Shown here: in pieces, positions 13,426-26,367 of the stretch
How positions within the stretch are numbered: the stretch's first letter is position 1
How the letters are laid out: each line of letters starts with the position of its first letter
NCBI GenBank assembly: GCA_951406725.2
Contig: OX597820.1
Location: 29,574,001 to 29,638,000, forward strand
DNA length: 64,000 nucleotides
Reading direction: 5' to 3'
From: Octopus vulgaris
Lineage: Eukaryota
Notes under the pieces: generated by a model
The model's input: only the letters and a program-made list of their open reading frames with translations
What the model was told of the DNA's origin: nothing
The model's database searches: none
Position numbers and translations under genes: made by a program

Positions 13426-14733
13426 CCAGCTGGATAAAATGCTTAGAAGTATTTCGTCCATCTTTACGTTCTGAGTTCAAATTCTGCTTTTCGTCCTTTC
13501 AGAGTCAATAAAATAAAAACCAGTTGAGCACTGAGATTGATGATACACAGATTGCTTGTTCTCTCTCTCTCTCTCTCATATATATAACCATTTTGTTACA
13601 CATTTCTGTTGAAATATGCTGCCTTTGTTTCAATTATCATTTTTTTTTAACTATGAAGAATCTATATACACAGACGTGGCTATGTGGTTAAGAAGCTTGT
13701 TTCACAACCATGTGGTCTGGGTTCAGTCCCACTGAGTGGCCCCTTAGGCAAGTGTCTTCTACTATAGCCCCAGGCTGACCAAAGCTTTGCAAATGGGTTT
13801 GATAGATGGAAACTGAACAAAGCCTGTTTTGTGCATATGTGTGTCCCACCTCCACAGTTTCACAAACGGTGTTGGTTTGTTTACATCACAGTAACTTTGT
13901 GGGTCAACAAAAGCTTAAAAAGGCAAAATAAGCACTGGGGCTGATTTGTTTGACAAAAACCCTTCAAGGTGGTACCCCAGCATGGCTGCTGTACAATGAC
14001 TAAAATAAGAAGAAAATAAAAAGATCATTTAGTAAAAAAACTTTGTCATTATCAAAGTAGTGTTTGAGACAAATTAACAAAAATGAAATTTTGATGGAAA
14101 AGTTTTAATTTAAATCACTTCAAAACAGGAAGTTGGTGTCACAGAGCCAAGGTTGGTTATCAAAACAGTTAATCCTTAATATCTGGATGATATACATGTA
14201 TCTGCAGGATTTATAAAAATGAAACAACACAAGCCATTTGTCCGTGATATTAAGCTAATATCTAATAGCAGTGGATTGATAGAACCAGAAAATACAAAAT
14301 GCTGAGTTATTTAGCTGTTGATTGTTCATGCATTTAGTCAAAATCCTGCCAAAGTCAGCTTTAATTTTCATTCTTCTAGGGGTTGGTAAAACAACTCTAT
14401 ACATCTCTCCTCCAGAAACATTTGTGGCCATGTGTCTATGTTAAAAAATTTAATACTAAACTGATATGATATGATGTGCTGATATGTTTGGTCATAAATA
14501 AATAATTTTAATATGTAACGATTTGACACAGATTTATGTGTCCATTATAAAAGTACCTTACAGCATCATGCAGTGTAAACATCCCGGCAAGGCCACAATT
14601 ATATTTCCATAAAAAATTTATTTAAACCACATGCTGTAGCAGTTGTTATCCTACTAAGAGTGTATGTTTCAGTAGCAGTCTTGATTCTATTGTTTACAGA
14701 GTTTTCCTTTTTTCTTGTGTGTGCGTTTAATTA

Positions 14734-14919
14734 TCACCAGAATGAATTGGAGAAATAATTAGCTGCAGTGCGTAACCAGCTTCCAGAGTTAAATCTGTTA
14801 TTCGAGCTCTCGGTACGGCAAACAGCTTTGTCATCAGCCAGCGGACTTTCAACATCATCCAAATAGTCAGGCCCATCGGTACTGACATTAGCTTGGTCAC
14901 TGCTGCATGGCAATAAAAC
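14734..14919 (-). CDS. ARMC1: ARMC1 last coding exon (VLLPCSS...SWLRTAANYFSNSFW*)
   Basis: tacag| acceptor, TGA at 14734-14736. Candidate AATAAA on the minus strand near 14617-14622. Confidence 0.92.
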   Translation of the reverse strand, partial: VLLPCSSDQANVSTDGPDYLDDVESPLADDKAVCRTESSNNRFNSGSWLRTAANYFSNSFW

Positions 14920-17900
14920 CTGTACATTGTATAAAGAAAAGAGAAATATATGAATATATGTGTTAATGAGAAATTTACTTAATGGATAAATGGTATTTTA
15001 CACACAAGCGGCTTTCTCTCTCCATATATATTATTTTACATCTAATACTCTGAGGTGCTGACAATATACAATGTCTGCTTTCCATGCTGGCATGAGCTGA
15101 ATGATTTGAACAGAGCTAGTAAACAGGAGAGCTGCACTAAGTTCCAATCTGATTTGGCTTGGTTTCTACGACTGGATATCCTTCCTAATGCCAATTGCTT
15201 TACAGAGTGTATTGGATGCTTTTTATGTGGCACCGCCATGGGTGCTTTTACATGGTGCCAGCACAGGCACTACTATGTGGCACAGACACAGGTCCTTTTT
15301 ATGTGGCACTGGAAAAGAGTTCTTGCAGGTCAATCCTCTTCAGCAGGGGAAGAGGCATCAAACAAATATAAGGTTTTGAAAATGCTTATGTTATACTGTA
15401 CCTCTTCACCAAGTTCATTTTTCACAATCTGCTGTGCTGACATAGTTTGAGATTTTGCTATTGCTTCAGCTAACACCTGCAAAAAAAACCAAAAAAACCT
15501 ATGAACAAGAGTGTAAATATAACATGTACATATAAGAATGCCCCCACAAGCATGTGTGTCTACAAACATTGGCAGTTTCTCTTGTGGCTGTTTGTATTGA
15601 TTGATGAAGGACTGTGCAAAATGGCATGATGCTGTCAGGCAACCAACCCATGACGATTTTGAGAAACAAACATGAAATAATAATATCAATGACTAGGATT
15701 TCTATTAAGAATGCTTAATTATAACCGTTGCAGCTTAGCCCCAAGACAACCCTGACAGAGCAAATTTATGATCAAATGCATTCCAACCATGACCTTCTTT
15801 GTTTTTATACTTTTTTGTGTAGGCATGATGTGTCAGTTTTTAAATGGTAGGGTATGTAGTTTGAGGGAAATTGGCTGTTGTTTCTAACAAATGAAGCAAC
15901 CATGTGGCAGTTTGTGTCAAATGTAATAGTTACTATATTTAATGATGGAACACCTGGTAACAAGAGAAAATGAGCACCATCATCACCATCCACTTTCCCA
16001 TGTACACATGGATCAAAGTTTGTTCTGGCAGATATTCTGTCTGGATGCCCTTGCTGTCACTAGCCTTCACCTGTATCCAAGCAAGGTAATATTTTCCCCA
16101 TGACCAGACATGTTTGTTCATATAAGAACAGAAATGAACACCACTGTTTATATGCTCATGTACAATCATGTGTTGTCAAAACAAGGGTACACACAAAACA
16201 GGCTTCTTTCAGTTTCCAATGACCAAATCCACTCACAAGGCTTTGGTCAGCCCAGAAGTATAGAAGACAACACTCACCCAAGGTGTTGTGCAATGGTACC
16301 GAACCCAAGATCATATGGTTAAGAACTGCCTTAACCACACTGCCATGTCTGCACCTATTACTCTGCAATATCTGTGTATAAAGTCTATTTTCCATGCTGG
16401 CATGAGTTGGACTGTTTAACAGGAACCACCAAGCCAGAGAAGTGTGTTGAGCTCCAATGTCAGCTTTGGCATAGTTTGTATGTCTGAATATCCTTCTTAA
16501 CACTGACCACTTTACAAAGAGTACAAGGTGCACTGTTATCAAGTAACACACAAGGCAAGACCTTTTGACCGAGTGGGGTTATAGTATTGAGAGAGGTGGC
16601 TTTATGTCAGGTGTTAGGTGGTTAAGGTGTTACAGAGGGACAGGAACAGGTGGTTTGCTTTCAAGGAGAGGCATGGCAATACAATGCGTGTGTTTGTGTG
16701 TGATCAAAACTGCAAAACACAAATCTGTATCATATTAGAAAGAAATGAATCAATTTAAACTGCTTACCTCAGGTTGTATTTTTGAAAGAGTCCTCACGGT
16801 GCAACGGGATTTGTTCATATCAAAGATTATGCTGATGACACCTTTCACTTTGATAAGAAGACAGGTACATAATTCACGATCATGCTGTAAATTAGAAAAG
16901 AAAAGCAGCCAGTCAACTGAAATATCTTCACTCACATATTTAACCCTTTTGGGGTACCATGTAAAAAGCACCCAGAACACTCTATAAAGTGGCTGGCACT
17001 AGGAAGGGCATCTAGCCATAGAAGCCAAGCCAAAACAGACTAGGGAGCCTAGTGAGGTCCCTGGCCTTGCCAACTCATGTCAAGCTGTCCAACCCATGCC
17101 AGCATGGAAAACACGTTAAATGTTGATGATGATGATACCTACCCAGTGGACAATACCTGTGATATAAACTACACTTGCTGTTTTAACCCTTTTGGTAACA
17201 ACCCACCTGAGACCACTCCTGGTTCTATGATACAAATTTTGTTTAAACCCTCATGATACCAATAAGCCTGACACTAATTCCTGGTCCTTTGATACAAACT
17301 TGCTGTTTTAAAGTGACCTAAATTAAAATCTCATCAAGATTTCGTGTTAATTAATGTTCTCAACACCAGCTTAATAATGACAAAGATATTTTACAAAAAT
17401 TCTTCACTATTTTCAAAATTTATTGAAATGGAGTCCACCAAGTTTCAGTCCTCAGCTCCATCCTCCAGCAATAACAGAGGAATTCAAGACAAGATGCCCC
17501 TGGGATGCACTTTTAGTTGCCAAACCTCAATTTGTTTCCATGTTAAGTAATAACCACCCAGACTATTCAGCAACAACCATCCTAGACATGTTTATACAGA
17601 GAACTGAAAACAAATGATTCTGTATGAAATAGCGTTTTTGTTTACAAGGAACATACATGCTAAGATATGTCAAGAGTCCAGACATTGATTCATGGTGGAC
17701 TGCAAACAAACAACACCACTCACCACAATCAACAAACATGTGGAGATGAGGTTAAATATCAACTGGTTCGTCTGGGGCTACAGATGCAAGAAGTGGACAT
17801 TAAAAACGATAATGAAGGTGATATAAATACTGACAGGTAATCATCAATCATAATCATTTAACATCCGATTTCCATGTTGGCATGGGTTGGACAGTTGGAC

Positions 17901-20900
17901 TGGCATGGTTTCTACAGCTGGATGCCCTTCCTAACAACAACCACTCCAAGAGTGTAATGGGTGCTTCTCACATGTCACTGGCACAGGTGCCAGTTAGGTG
18001 ACACTAGCGTCAGCCACAACTATGCTTTTACTTGGCTTGATGAGCTTTCTCAAGCGCAGTGTATCACCAAAGATCTTTATCATGTGAGGCCACATGTTCA
18101 AAAGGTTTTTATGTGCTACTGGCATCAGCCATGACTACAGTTTCACTTGGCTTGATGGGTCTTCAAAAAATTTTTTTTAAATAATGAAACATGCTGAACA
18201 TCAGCTTCCTCCATGTGACCCAATCTCACCCATCTCAGTGAAGCCTGTGAGAGTTATGAGCAATCACTTTCACCCAACCAAATCCATAAGAAACTAAAAA
18301 AAACTACTCAAACTTACCTTATCAAAAAGTCCTTTTAATTGGAACAGTATTGTTTTGTATTTACCATTGTGACTACTAGAAGAATGATCAGTTTTGGGTA
18401 GATTACTTCTTCTGAAAAATAAAATTTACCAAAAATATTTAAGAATTTTCAAAGGATTTCAATTTTTCTTTAATATTTGTTTGAAGATGATGAGCCAGTA
18501 AAAACGTCAGCACACTGCACAAAATGCCTTGCGGCATTTCATCCACCTGTACACTGAGTTCAAATTTTGGCGAGGTGAATTTTGCTTTCCATAATTTCAG
18601 CATTGATAAAATAAGTACCAGTTGAGCCCTGGGGGTCGATATAATTGACTGACACCCTTCTGCAAACTTGCAAGGCCTTGTGCCAAAAATTGAAACCAAT
18701 ATTAGTTGGTTTAAATAAAAAATAATAAAATGTTCCTTTTCGAGCCATGCCAGGCTCATAAGGGCCAGTTTCCAGGTTTCAGTGGCGTAGAAATTCCCCA
18801 CCTGGACGGGACGCCGGTCCGTTGCAGGATTACTCATTTTTGCCAGCTGAGTGGACTGGAGCAACATGAAATGAAGTGTTTTGCTCAAGAACACAACCTT
18901 AAGATCATGAGTTCAACACCCTAACCACTTAGCCACGCGCCGCCACATATTAGTTAGTTTGACAAGCAACAAACTGGATAAAGTCTAGCAACATTAGTTC
19001 TAATTCTTAGTGCCCTAAGTTCAAATCCCAGAGCAGTCATGTTTGCCTTTCATTATTTCAGAATTGAGAGCACTGGTGTTGAGTCTCTTTTCTCTCTGTC
19101 TCTTTGAATTGGTTATGTTGCACTGCAAGAAAAATCATAGGAGAAACCTTCACAGTGTCCCTTCTTACTTAAGTGGAAAAGGTCTGAACAAGGAGATAGC
19201 AACCTCTTCATAGAATAACAAATAACCAACAGAAACCATCCAACGAGAGATGAATGTGAGACACAGCATGGAATAGTAATAATGGTTTCTGATTTAGGCA
19301 CGAAGACAGAAATTTCTGTGGGGAAGCGGGATAGTCAATATCATAATCAGTGTTAGACTGGTATTTTATTTTACCAACCCCAAAGGATAAAACACAAAGT
19401 AGTTCTCAGCAGGATTTGAACTCAGAATGTAAAGAGTTGGAAGAAATATAGCATGGAATTTTGTTTGATGCATTAACAATGTTGATTTCAAATTTTGGCA
19501 CAAGGCCAGCAATTCTGGGGGAGGGGTAAGTTGATTACATTGAGCTCAGTGCTCAACTGGTACATATTTTATTGACCTTGAAAGGATAAAAAGCAAAGTT
19601 GACCATGGCAGAATTTTAACTCGGAATGTGAAGACAGACAAAATACTGCCAAGCATTTTGTCCAGCGTGCAAATGATTCTGCCAGATTGCCAACTTTGAT
19701 GCATTAACGATATTACCAAGAAATAATAACAGTCAAAACAGGTATGATGCAGTCCACAAAGCTGCAAGATCTTGTCAAACCATCCAACTCAGCCTGACAT
19801 GGAAGATGCATGTTTAATGATGGTGATAATGATGACAGTGATGTTAGTTTGATGAAAAAAGTTACAGACCATATGCCTTATTAATTATCATAATATATTG
19901 TAATTAAGTGGTGAAATATATACTCCACCATTGCCACATGCAAAAATAGCAATTATTTATGCACAGTAAATCTACTGAGCAGATAGCAGTTTATTTATCT
20001 ATGGCTTAGTCATAAGAAGGGCAATACCCATTGACTTTTAGCAGGGTTTGTTTCAGATTAGTTTCAGACCACTGACTCCTTGGTTTGAATGCTTGTGAAA
20101 GAGGGAATTCTGCAAAAGATATCCAAGTGTCATGGTGTTAAACCAGCTGATAAAATAGAAGTACCAACTCCAAAACAGGTTGGCATGGCCCTTCTGAGTT
20201 TCCAGCTATTCAATTTCACTCACAAAGCTCAGTAGGAGTCAGATGATGATCAAGTTACCATGCAGTGGAATCAAACGTTTAATCACATAATTTGGAACAA
20301 ATAGAGTTAACATAAGGCTGAAGAAACTTTATTCTTCTTAGGATACCCTCCCTAATGCAGGAAGCACAATAAGATGTACCCAGTTTGCTCTATAAAAGGG
20401 TTATTGGTATTAAGGGCATTCATAAATTGAGTCCAAAAATAACATGATACATACACATATCTGGGTTCCAGATAGCAATTAACTATGCTAAGTGGCTAGA
20501 CACTTCGAGGCAGGTCTGAACTGTACCAGTGAAGAAAAGCAGAGATTGATGGCAACTGAGGCTTTCTCACCAAATCTGAGAAAGCCTCAATCGAATGACA
20601 ACATTGTTTTCTACTAAAATACATTATCATCATTTAACATCCATTTTCCATGCTGGCATGGGTTGCACGATTTGAGAGGAGTTATCCAGATTCCAGTTGT
20701 CTCTTGTGGCACAGTTTCTACAGCTGGATGTCCTTCCTAATGCCAACCAGTTTACAGAGTGTGTTGGGTGCCCTTTTATGGGTCACTGGTACAGGTGCAT
20801 TTTATGTGGCATTGGCATCTCTAAAAGACAAGCCTGTATGTATGGATGGATGATAGCGATTTTACTTAGCTTGATGCGTCTTCTCAAGTACAACAAATCC

Positions 20901-21788
20901 CCATAACACTTTTGCCATTTTCTCAGTGAGGCCCAGCATCCGAAGAAGTTCCCTCATCACCATTTTGTCCCATGTCTATCCCTTCCACAGGTTTCTTTCA
21001 CAATTACAGCTCAAATTTTGATCAACTCGATTGTACAGTCAGCTGTTAGATAAATGTTATGCTCTTCATGATAAAAGTAGGGAAAGTACAATTCCCAGCT
21101 ATAATTAACCCTTTTGATACCAATCCACACGAGGGCACCACTTAGTTCTATGATATATCCTTCCTATTTTAAGATGGCTTCTATCATGGTAATTTATGTT
21201 GCAGACACCAGCTTAATAATGGCAATGTTATTTTACAAAATTCTTCAGTGTTTTCAAAATGAATTGAAACAAAAGCAGTGTATTTCAATTGAAGTATGCT
21301 GCCTTTGTTAGAATAGATTTTTAAAATAACAAAAAGTTGAATAGAAGAACTCATTAAAGTGGTGTTTAAAACAAATTAACATGAAATTTTGATGGATGGT
21401 TTTACTTCAATCAGAATACTTCTATCATGGAACCAAGAGCGATCTTAGGTGAGTTGGTATCAAAATAGTTAATATATATTGCAGAAATGACAAAATGTCA
21501 CATGTATCAGGAACAGTTTTAGAAGTAGTAAAAATAAAAAAGAAAGGTATGTCATGAAAAATCAGACCACAGAAATCAATTAACACTCAATACCTGTTAG
21601 TTTTAGGAGTTTGATAAATATTAGTTTTAGCAGGGTTGACAACGGGAGTGTTCTGTAGAGTTTCATATAGCTTCATAGCTTTATTACAAATATCTTCATT
21701 TGGAGATCTATATAAATATATATACAGAGAGAGAAAGATAAGACAAAATAAATTATATAATAAAACAAAGATAATGGTGATAATGTTG

Positions 21789-21839
<51 letters not shown>

Positions 21840-24059
21840 AGGAGGTGCCGAAAAGTTCCTGGTTCCGGGTAAAAGAAAATACAGGAGGATCAGTTAATTA
21901 TGATTTTATTCAATATATTTCCCTCTCAGATTCACACACTTATTGAGCAGACCTTCAGTTTTTCTAAGCCCTAAAAAAGTACTTGGAAGGATGGGCCTCT
22001 AACCAAGTCTTTCACAGTATTCTTAAAGCCAGCACCCCTCATATATATGGAATGGTGTTCAAAGCAGATAAATCCTTTTGTATCCAAAGGGTCTTTTTAA
22101 CTCAATATTTACACACTAATCTCAACAAACATATTTAAAAGCATGAAAAATAAGAAAAGCACCTGAAAGCCAATAACGAAGCAGAAAGACATGTGAAAAT
22201 ATGTACAAACTATTTATTAAAACAGATATAAGCTAATAATTTTTTTAAATGCTTTTGCATGTTACATTGTTTATTTGAGTAGGGTCACATGTCTTGGAAC
22301 CAATTAAGATATTCCTATATACTGTCAATTTGCATGCTGGAAAATACGATAAATAAAAAGGGAGATGGGAAGGATTGATAGAAAACAAAAAACAACAACA
22401 AAAGGATGAAATATGAGAAATTGGTAAAGTGTGTAAAAGAATCTTACTGGAGGGCTTCTTCAAGTTGCATTTGAAGGTAATTATTCTCAGTGAGTTGGGT
22501 TCTACCTTCTGGACATTCCGACAACAGAAGAAAAATCTAGAAATGGAAGAGCAATAATGATATTAGAATTGATAAAACATAATCATCATTAAACGTCCGT
22601 TGTCCATGCTGGCATGGGTTGGACGGTTTGACTGGGCTGGCACACTGGAAGGCTGCACCAGAATTCAGTCTGATTTGGCACTGTTTTCTATGGCTGGATG
22701 CCCTTCCTAACACCAACCACTCCGAGTATGTAATGGGTTCTTTTATGTGCCACCGGCACAGGAGCCATTTGTGTGACACTGGTGTCTGCCATGACTGCGA
22801 TTTTACTCAGCTTGATGAGTCTTCTTCTCAAGCACGAGATAATGCCAAAGGTCTTGGTCATTGTCTCCTTAAGGCCTAACACTCGAAATGAGCTTGGTCA
22901 TTTTGCTTCCATGAAGCCCAACGCTCAAAAGGGACTCAGCCACCTCACCTCTATGAGGCCCAATTGAAAGAAACTCAGTCACTTTGACTCCATGAAGCCC
23001 AACGCTCGAAAGGAACTCAGCCACCTCAGCTCCATGAGGCCCAGTGAAGATAATTAACTCAATGATGATGATGATGATTTTGTTATAGGACTTTAATAAG
23101 GTCCCAGATTCGGTACTTTGTGCAAGCATGTCTTAACCCAGCTATATCTGGTTCAAATATTTTACCTGTTTTATGTTCAAACTGGTCAAATCCCTCCTCT
23201 CACAACTACTCTACAATGTCATTCTAAAAATAAATAATCATATCTTTGAAATCTTGAAGCTATGAGAAAATGCATGATTAATTGAAAACAATATGAATAA
23301 ATAAGCATTGCATATGACCCAAATGCTAAAGGATTAAGAGGCAAGTGTTTCTGTGTGGTTAAGAAATTTGTTTCCAAATACTGAGCCATTGTGGTCAAAC
23401 CTCCAGGTCTAGAGAGTGGGATCAGATTGCATGGACTGGCTCTCACTTTCAAATTACAAACATAAGCAAGAAGAAAAACCCTGCAGCATTAAAAAGCACT
23501 TGAGGATGTGTCACTCTTCTTCATAATATTTGGACATGTAGAACTGCCATCTTCATATTATCTAGATCATTATTTTTTAAAAGAATAGTTAAGTCTATCT
23601 GGTTTTTAAATGTATTTTATTTGAGAGCTATGTAGTTTCCCTCAACACCATCTATCATTAATTTTTGTTCTGTTTATATACAAAATTTTGAAATATTTGC
23701 CATTAAAACCAGATACACACAGCACACTCATTTCTTTAGAACCAATGGTAGAATCAACTACACTATTCTAATATATCTGAAAACTGAAAGATAGCTTTGA
23801 TCCATAAAGCAAACCCAAACATAAATGGATCAAAAAGGATAGTGAAATTATAGGCTAGAGCCTATAAGCTAGAGCACAGTCAAGACTGCAACCACATATT
23901 TAAGTAGATCAAACGCCTGAAAAAAGTTTCACATTTTGACTCAATGTTATGATATGCTAAGCAGGAAATCCAGTTTGTTGACAGCATGCAGGCATATGAA
24001 GAAATCCTAGAAATGTTCAGTTATATACCAGGTAAACATCTCCACAATCACTTGAACAT

Positions 24060-24096
<37 letters not shown>

Positions 24097-26367
24097 GAAG
24101 GTAGACAGATGAAATCAACTGACCTCCAATGTTGATATTATCACAGTTTCTGATTCATTGCTAAGTAGAAGAACAAGTCCATCAATCAATGTTTTGTCCT
24201 ATATAGAAATATAATGAAGAAAATAAGTTCTGGAAATGACATAAATGACAGATATAGAAAAAAGCAAAATTAACAAAACGCAGTGCCACCAATCATCAAC
24301 ATCATGGGTTAACCCAAATTAAAGATATACCCAACTCAACGATATGGCATTCATAACCATTTGGCCCCTTATTTTTTAAAGGCATATCTACTTAGGACTA
24401 TATTATCCAACGCAACCTCTATTTTATTTTTTTTTTAAATTATAGGTGTTAATGTATTTATTTTGAGATGCTCAGTGTTTCTTTCAATTACTTTAAATAT
24501 AACAAAGAATTTAGTAAAATAACTTAGTTATCATTCAGCTAGTGTTAGGAACATAAATTTTGACTAAGGTTTGGTGGACGATTTTAATTCAAAACTTATG
24601 TAAACAAGACATTTGTACCCAGAGCCAGAGCCGGTTTAAGCCAGGTTAGTAAGCAAAGGGTTAAGGAAAATTCAGCGATGGTTGAAGGACTACATAGAGG
24701 ATCTTATTGGCTCATCAAATGTAAAATAAATACAGTAGTTCATTTATTAAAATATCTCATCCTAACTCTTTAGTGACCAGATTATGTGCTGGTGGCATAT
24801 AAAAAGCACCCAGTACACACTGTTAAGTGGTTGGTGCTAAGGAAGGGCATCCATCCATAGAAACCACACCTCGACAGACAACTGTAGTCTGGACAGCTCC
24901 CTGTCAAACCAACCGACTCATGCCAGCATGAAAGATGGACATTAAATGATGATGATGGTGCACTTCCTGTCACTAACCTTTACCTGTAGGGAACATTTTA
25001 TTTTATATAGCATTGAAAGCACAAAGCTAGCAGATAACTTGTTGACTGCTTGCAAAGATCTGTTGGGGCAAGTGAAATTGAACCAAATTTGATGACTGGC
25101 ACCCATGCCAGTGGAGCGCTAACAGCTCCATCTGGACGGGATCACCGCCAGAACAGCTGTCTGGCTTCCGTGCCAGTGGCACATAAAAAGCACCATTTGA
25201 GTGTGATCATTACCAGCGTCGCCTTAATGGCACGTGAACAAAATATTTGAGCGAGGTCGTTGCCAGTGCCGCTGGACTAACTCCTGTGCAGGTGGCACAT
25301 AAAAAAACACCATTTCGAGCATGGCCGTTGCCAGTACCGCCAGATTGGCCCTCGTGCCGGTGGCATGTAAAAGCACCCACTACATTCTTGGAGTGGTTGG
25401 CGTTAGGAAGGGCATCTAGCTGTAGAAACTCTGCCAGATCAGATTGGAGCCTGGTACAGTCATCTGGTTCACCAGTCCTCAGTCAAATCGTCCAACCCAT
25501 GCTAGCATGGAAAGCGGACGTTAAACAATGATGATGAAGAAGCAACAGAAACATACATGTATATAAGTATGTGTATGTGTCTTTTGTCTCAATATTACAT
25601 GCTACTTGTGAAAATGTGTCCAGTCATTGTGCTGTTCACATTCAAAGTACTTGCTGGGAAAACAGGTGAGGATTGGTGACAGGAAGAACATCATCTAGCC
25701 ATAGAAAATCTACCTCAACAAATTTTGTCTGACCCATGCAGACAAATGTATCTGCTTCATTATGACAGTGGGGTTAAAACAAAAACAATAAAAAATAAAG
25801 AGGAGTCTATGCAGCTGCTTGACCTGCTAGAAATAGCAGTTAAATCTCTTGCAGAGCACATCTTAACAAAACAATGACGATGTGATAATGATGATGAACT
25901 ACAACAAAATTTATTTTTAAGTTGCCTCCTTAAATCAGTCCTTTTCTTCAAAAACTTCATGCTTCTCTTTTACTATTTATTTATTAATTCATTTATTTTA
26001 TAATCAGAATTTGTAAATAATGGAGCTGATGGTTACAAGTTTGTTACAAGCCAATCACTGACTCATTGCAATTCTATAGACATGAGACAAAGGAGTGTTG
26101 CTCTCAATAGTACCTGCTTCATTATGACAGTGGGGTTAAACAAAAACACAATAAAAAATAAAGAGGTGTCTATGCAGTTGCTTGACCTGCTAGAAATAGC
26201 AGTTAAATCTCTAGCAGAGCACATCTTAACAAAAAAGGCGGAATAACTCATGAGATTGAAAAGGTAATTAAATAACAAAAGATAGACTGTACCTGAAGGA
26301 GCATACTTCTCTGTTTAGGGTCAACAGCAAATAATTTCAGAGAATCGAGAGAGTCGAGGGAGATCAT
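14734..26367 (-). CDS. ARMC1: Armadillo repeat-containing protein 1 (ARM + HMA-like domain), 8 coding exons, 274 aa
   Basis: Exons 26293-26367, 24124-24198, 22448-22536, 21594-21707, 18318-18411, 16768-16884, 15402-15476 and 14734-14919. All introns are GT-AG with compatible phases; total 825 nt. The translation is collinear with human ARMC1 as recalled (KTILFQLKGL, LLIKVKGVISIIF, LAEAIAKSQTMSAQQIVKNELGEE, PDYLDDVESP, DKAV, SWLRTAANYFSNSFW*). Confidence 0.93.
15402..15476 (-). CDS. ARMC1: ARMC1 coding exon 7 (VLAEAIAKSQTMSAQQIVKNELGEE)
   Basis: ttgcag| acceptor, |gtacag donor. Matches human [25 protein letters not shown]. Confidence 0.92.
16768..16884 (-). CDS. ARMC1: ARMC1 coding exon 6 (HDRELCTCLLIKVKGVISIIFDMNKSRCTVRTLSKIQPE)
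   Basis: ttacag| acceptor, |gtaagc donor, phase 0-0. HMA-like core. Confidence 0.92.
18318..18411 (-). CDS. ARMC1: ARMC1 coding exon 5 (RSNLPKTDHSSSSHNGKYKTILFQLKGLFDK)
   Basis: tttcag| acceptor, |gtaagt donor, phase 2-0. Start of the HMA-like domain. Confidence 0.87.
21594..21707 (-). CDS. ARMC1: ARMC1 coding exon 4 (SPNEDICNKAMKLYETLQNTPVVNPAKTNIYQTPKTN)
   Basis: tatag| acceptor, |gtattg donor, phase 2-2. LYETLQ corresponds to human IYDILQ. Confidence 0.82.
22448..22536 (-). CDS. ARMC1: ARMC1 coding exon 3 (IFLLLSECPEGRTQLTENNYLQMQLEEAL)
   Basis: ttctag| acceptor, |gtaaga donor, phase 0-2. LSEC corresponds to human LAEC. Confidence 0.85.
22866..23045. repeat. ~42-bp tandem repeat, about 4.5 copies, derived from RTE-LINE 3' sequence
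   Basis: Units tccatgaRgcccaacgctcgaaaggaactcagccac start at 22908, 22950, 22989 and 23031. A similar motif is at about 37787 in the RTE copy. Confidence 0.75.
24061..24091. repeat. (GA)n microsatellite; many other (TA)n, (CA)n, (ATT)n and (CAT)n tracts occur in the window
   Basis: Directly visible; e.g. also 8691-8725, 9055-9090, 21793-21838 and 63975-64000. Confidence 0.9.
24124..24198 (-). CDS. ARMC1: ARMC1 coding exon 2 (DKTLIDGLVLLLSNESETVIISTLE)
   Basis: tatag| acceptor, |gtcagt donor, phase 0-0, ARM-like helix pattern. Confidence 0.85.
25090..25540 (+). mobile_element. RTE 3'-UTR-related repeat (family C) with (TGA)n tail
   Basis: ggttggcgttaggaagggcatc..ccaacccatgctagcatggaaagcggacgttaaac(gat)n. 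Other copies at 300-470, 22583-22860, 36190-36860, 43340-43620, 44357-44720, 47380-47665 and 49360-49635. Confidence 0.82.
26293..26367 (-). CDS. ARMC1: ARMC1 coding exon 1 (MISLDSLDSLKLFAVDPKQRSMLLQ)
   Basis: Acceptor tttcag| before 26380, ATG at 26367, donor CAG|gtacag. Resembles the human LRDLAADPLNRRAIVQ segment. Confidence 0.85.

Noticed and set aside
14727-14927. 66-aa ORF in the supplied track
   Set aside because: It is the wrong frame of the ARMC1 last exon.
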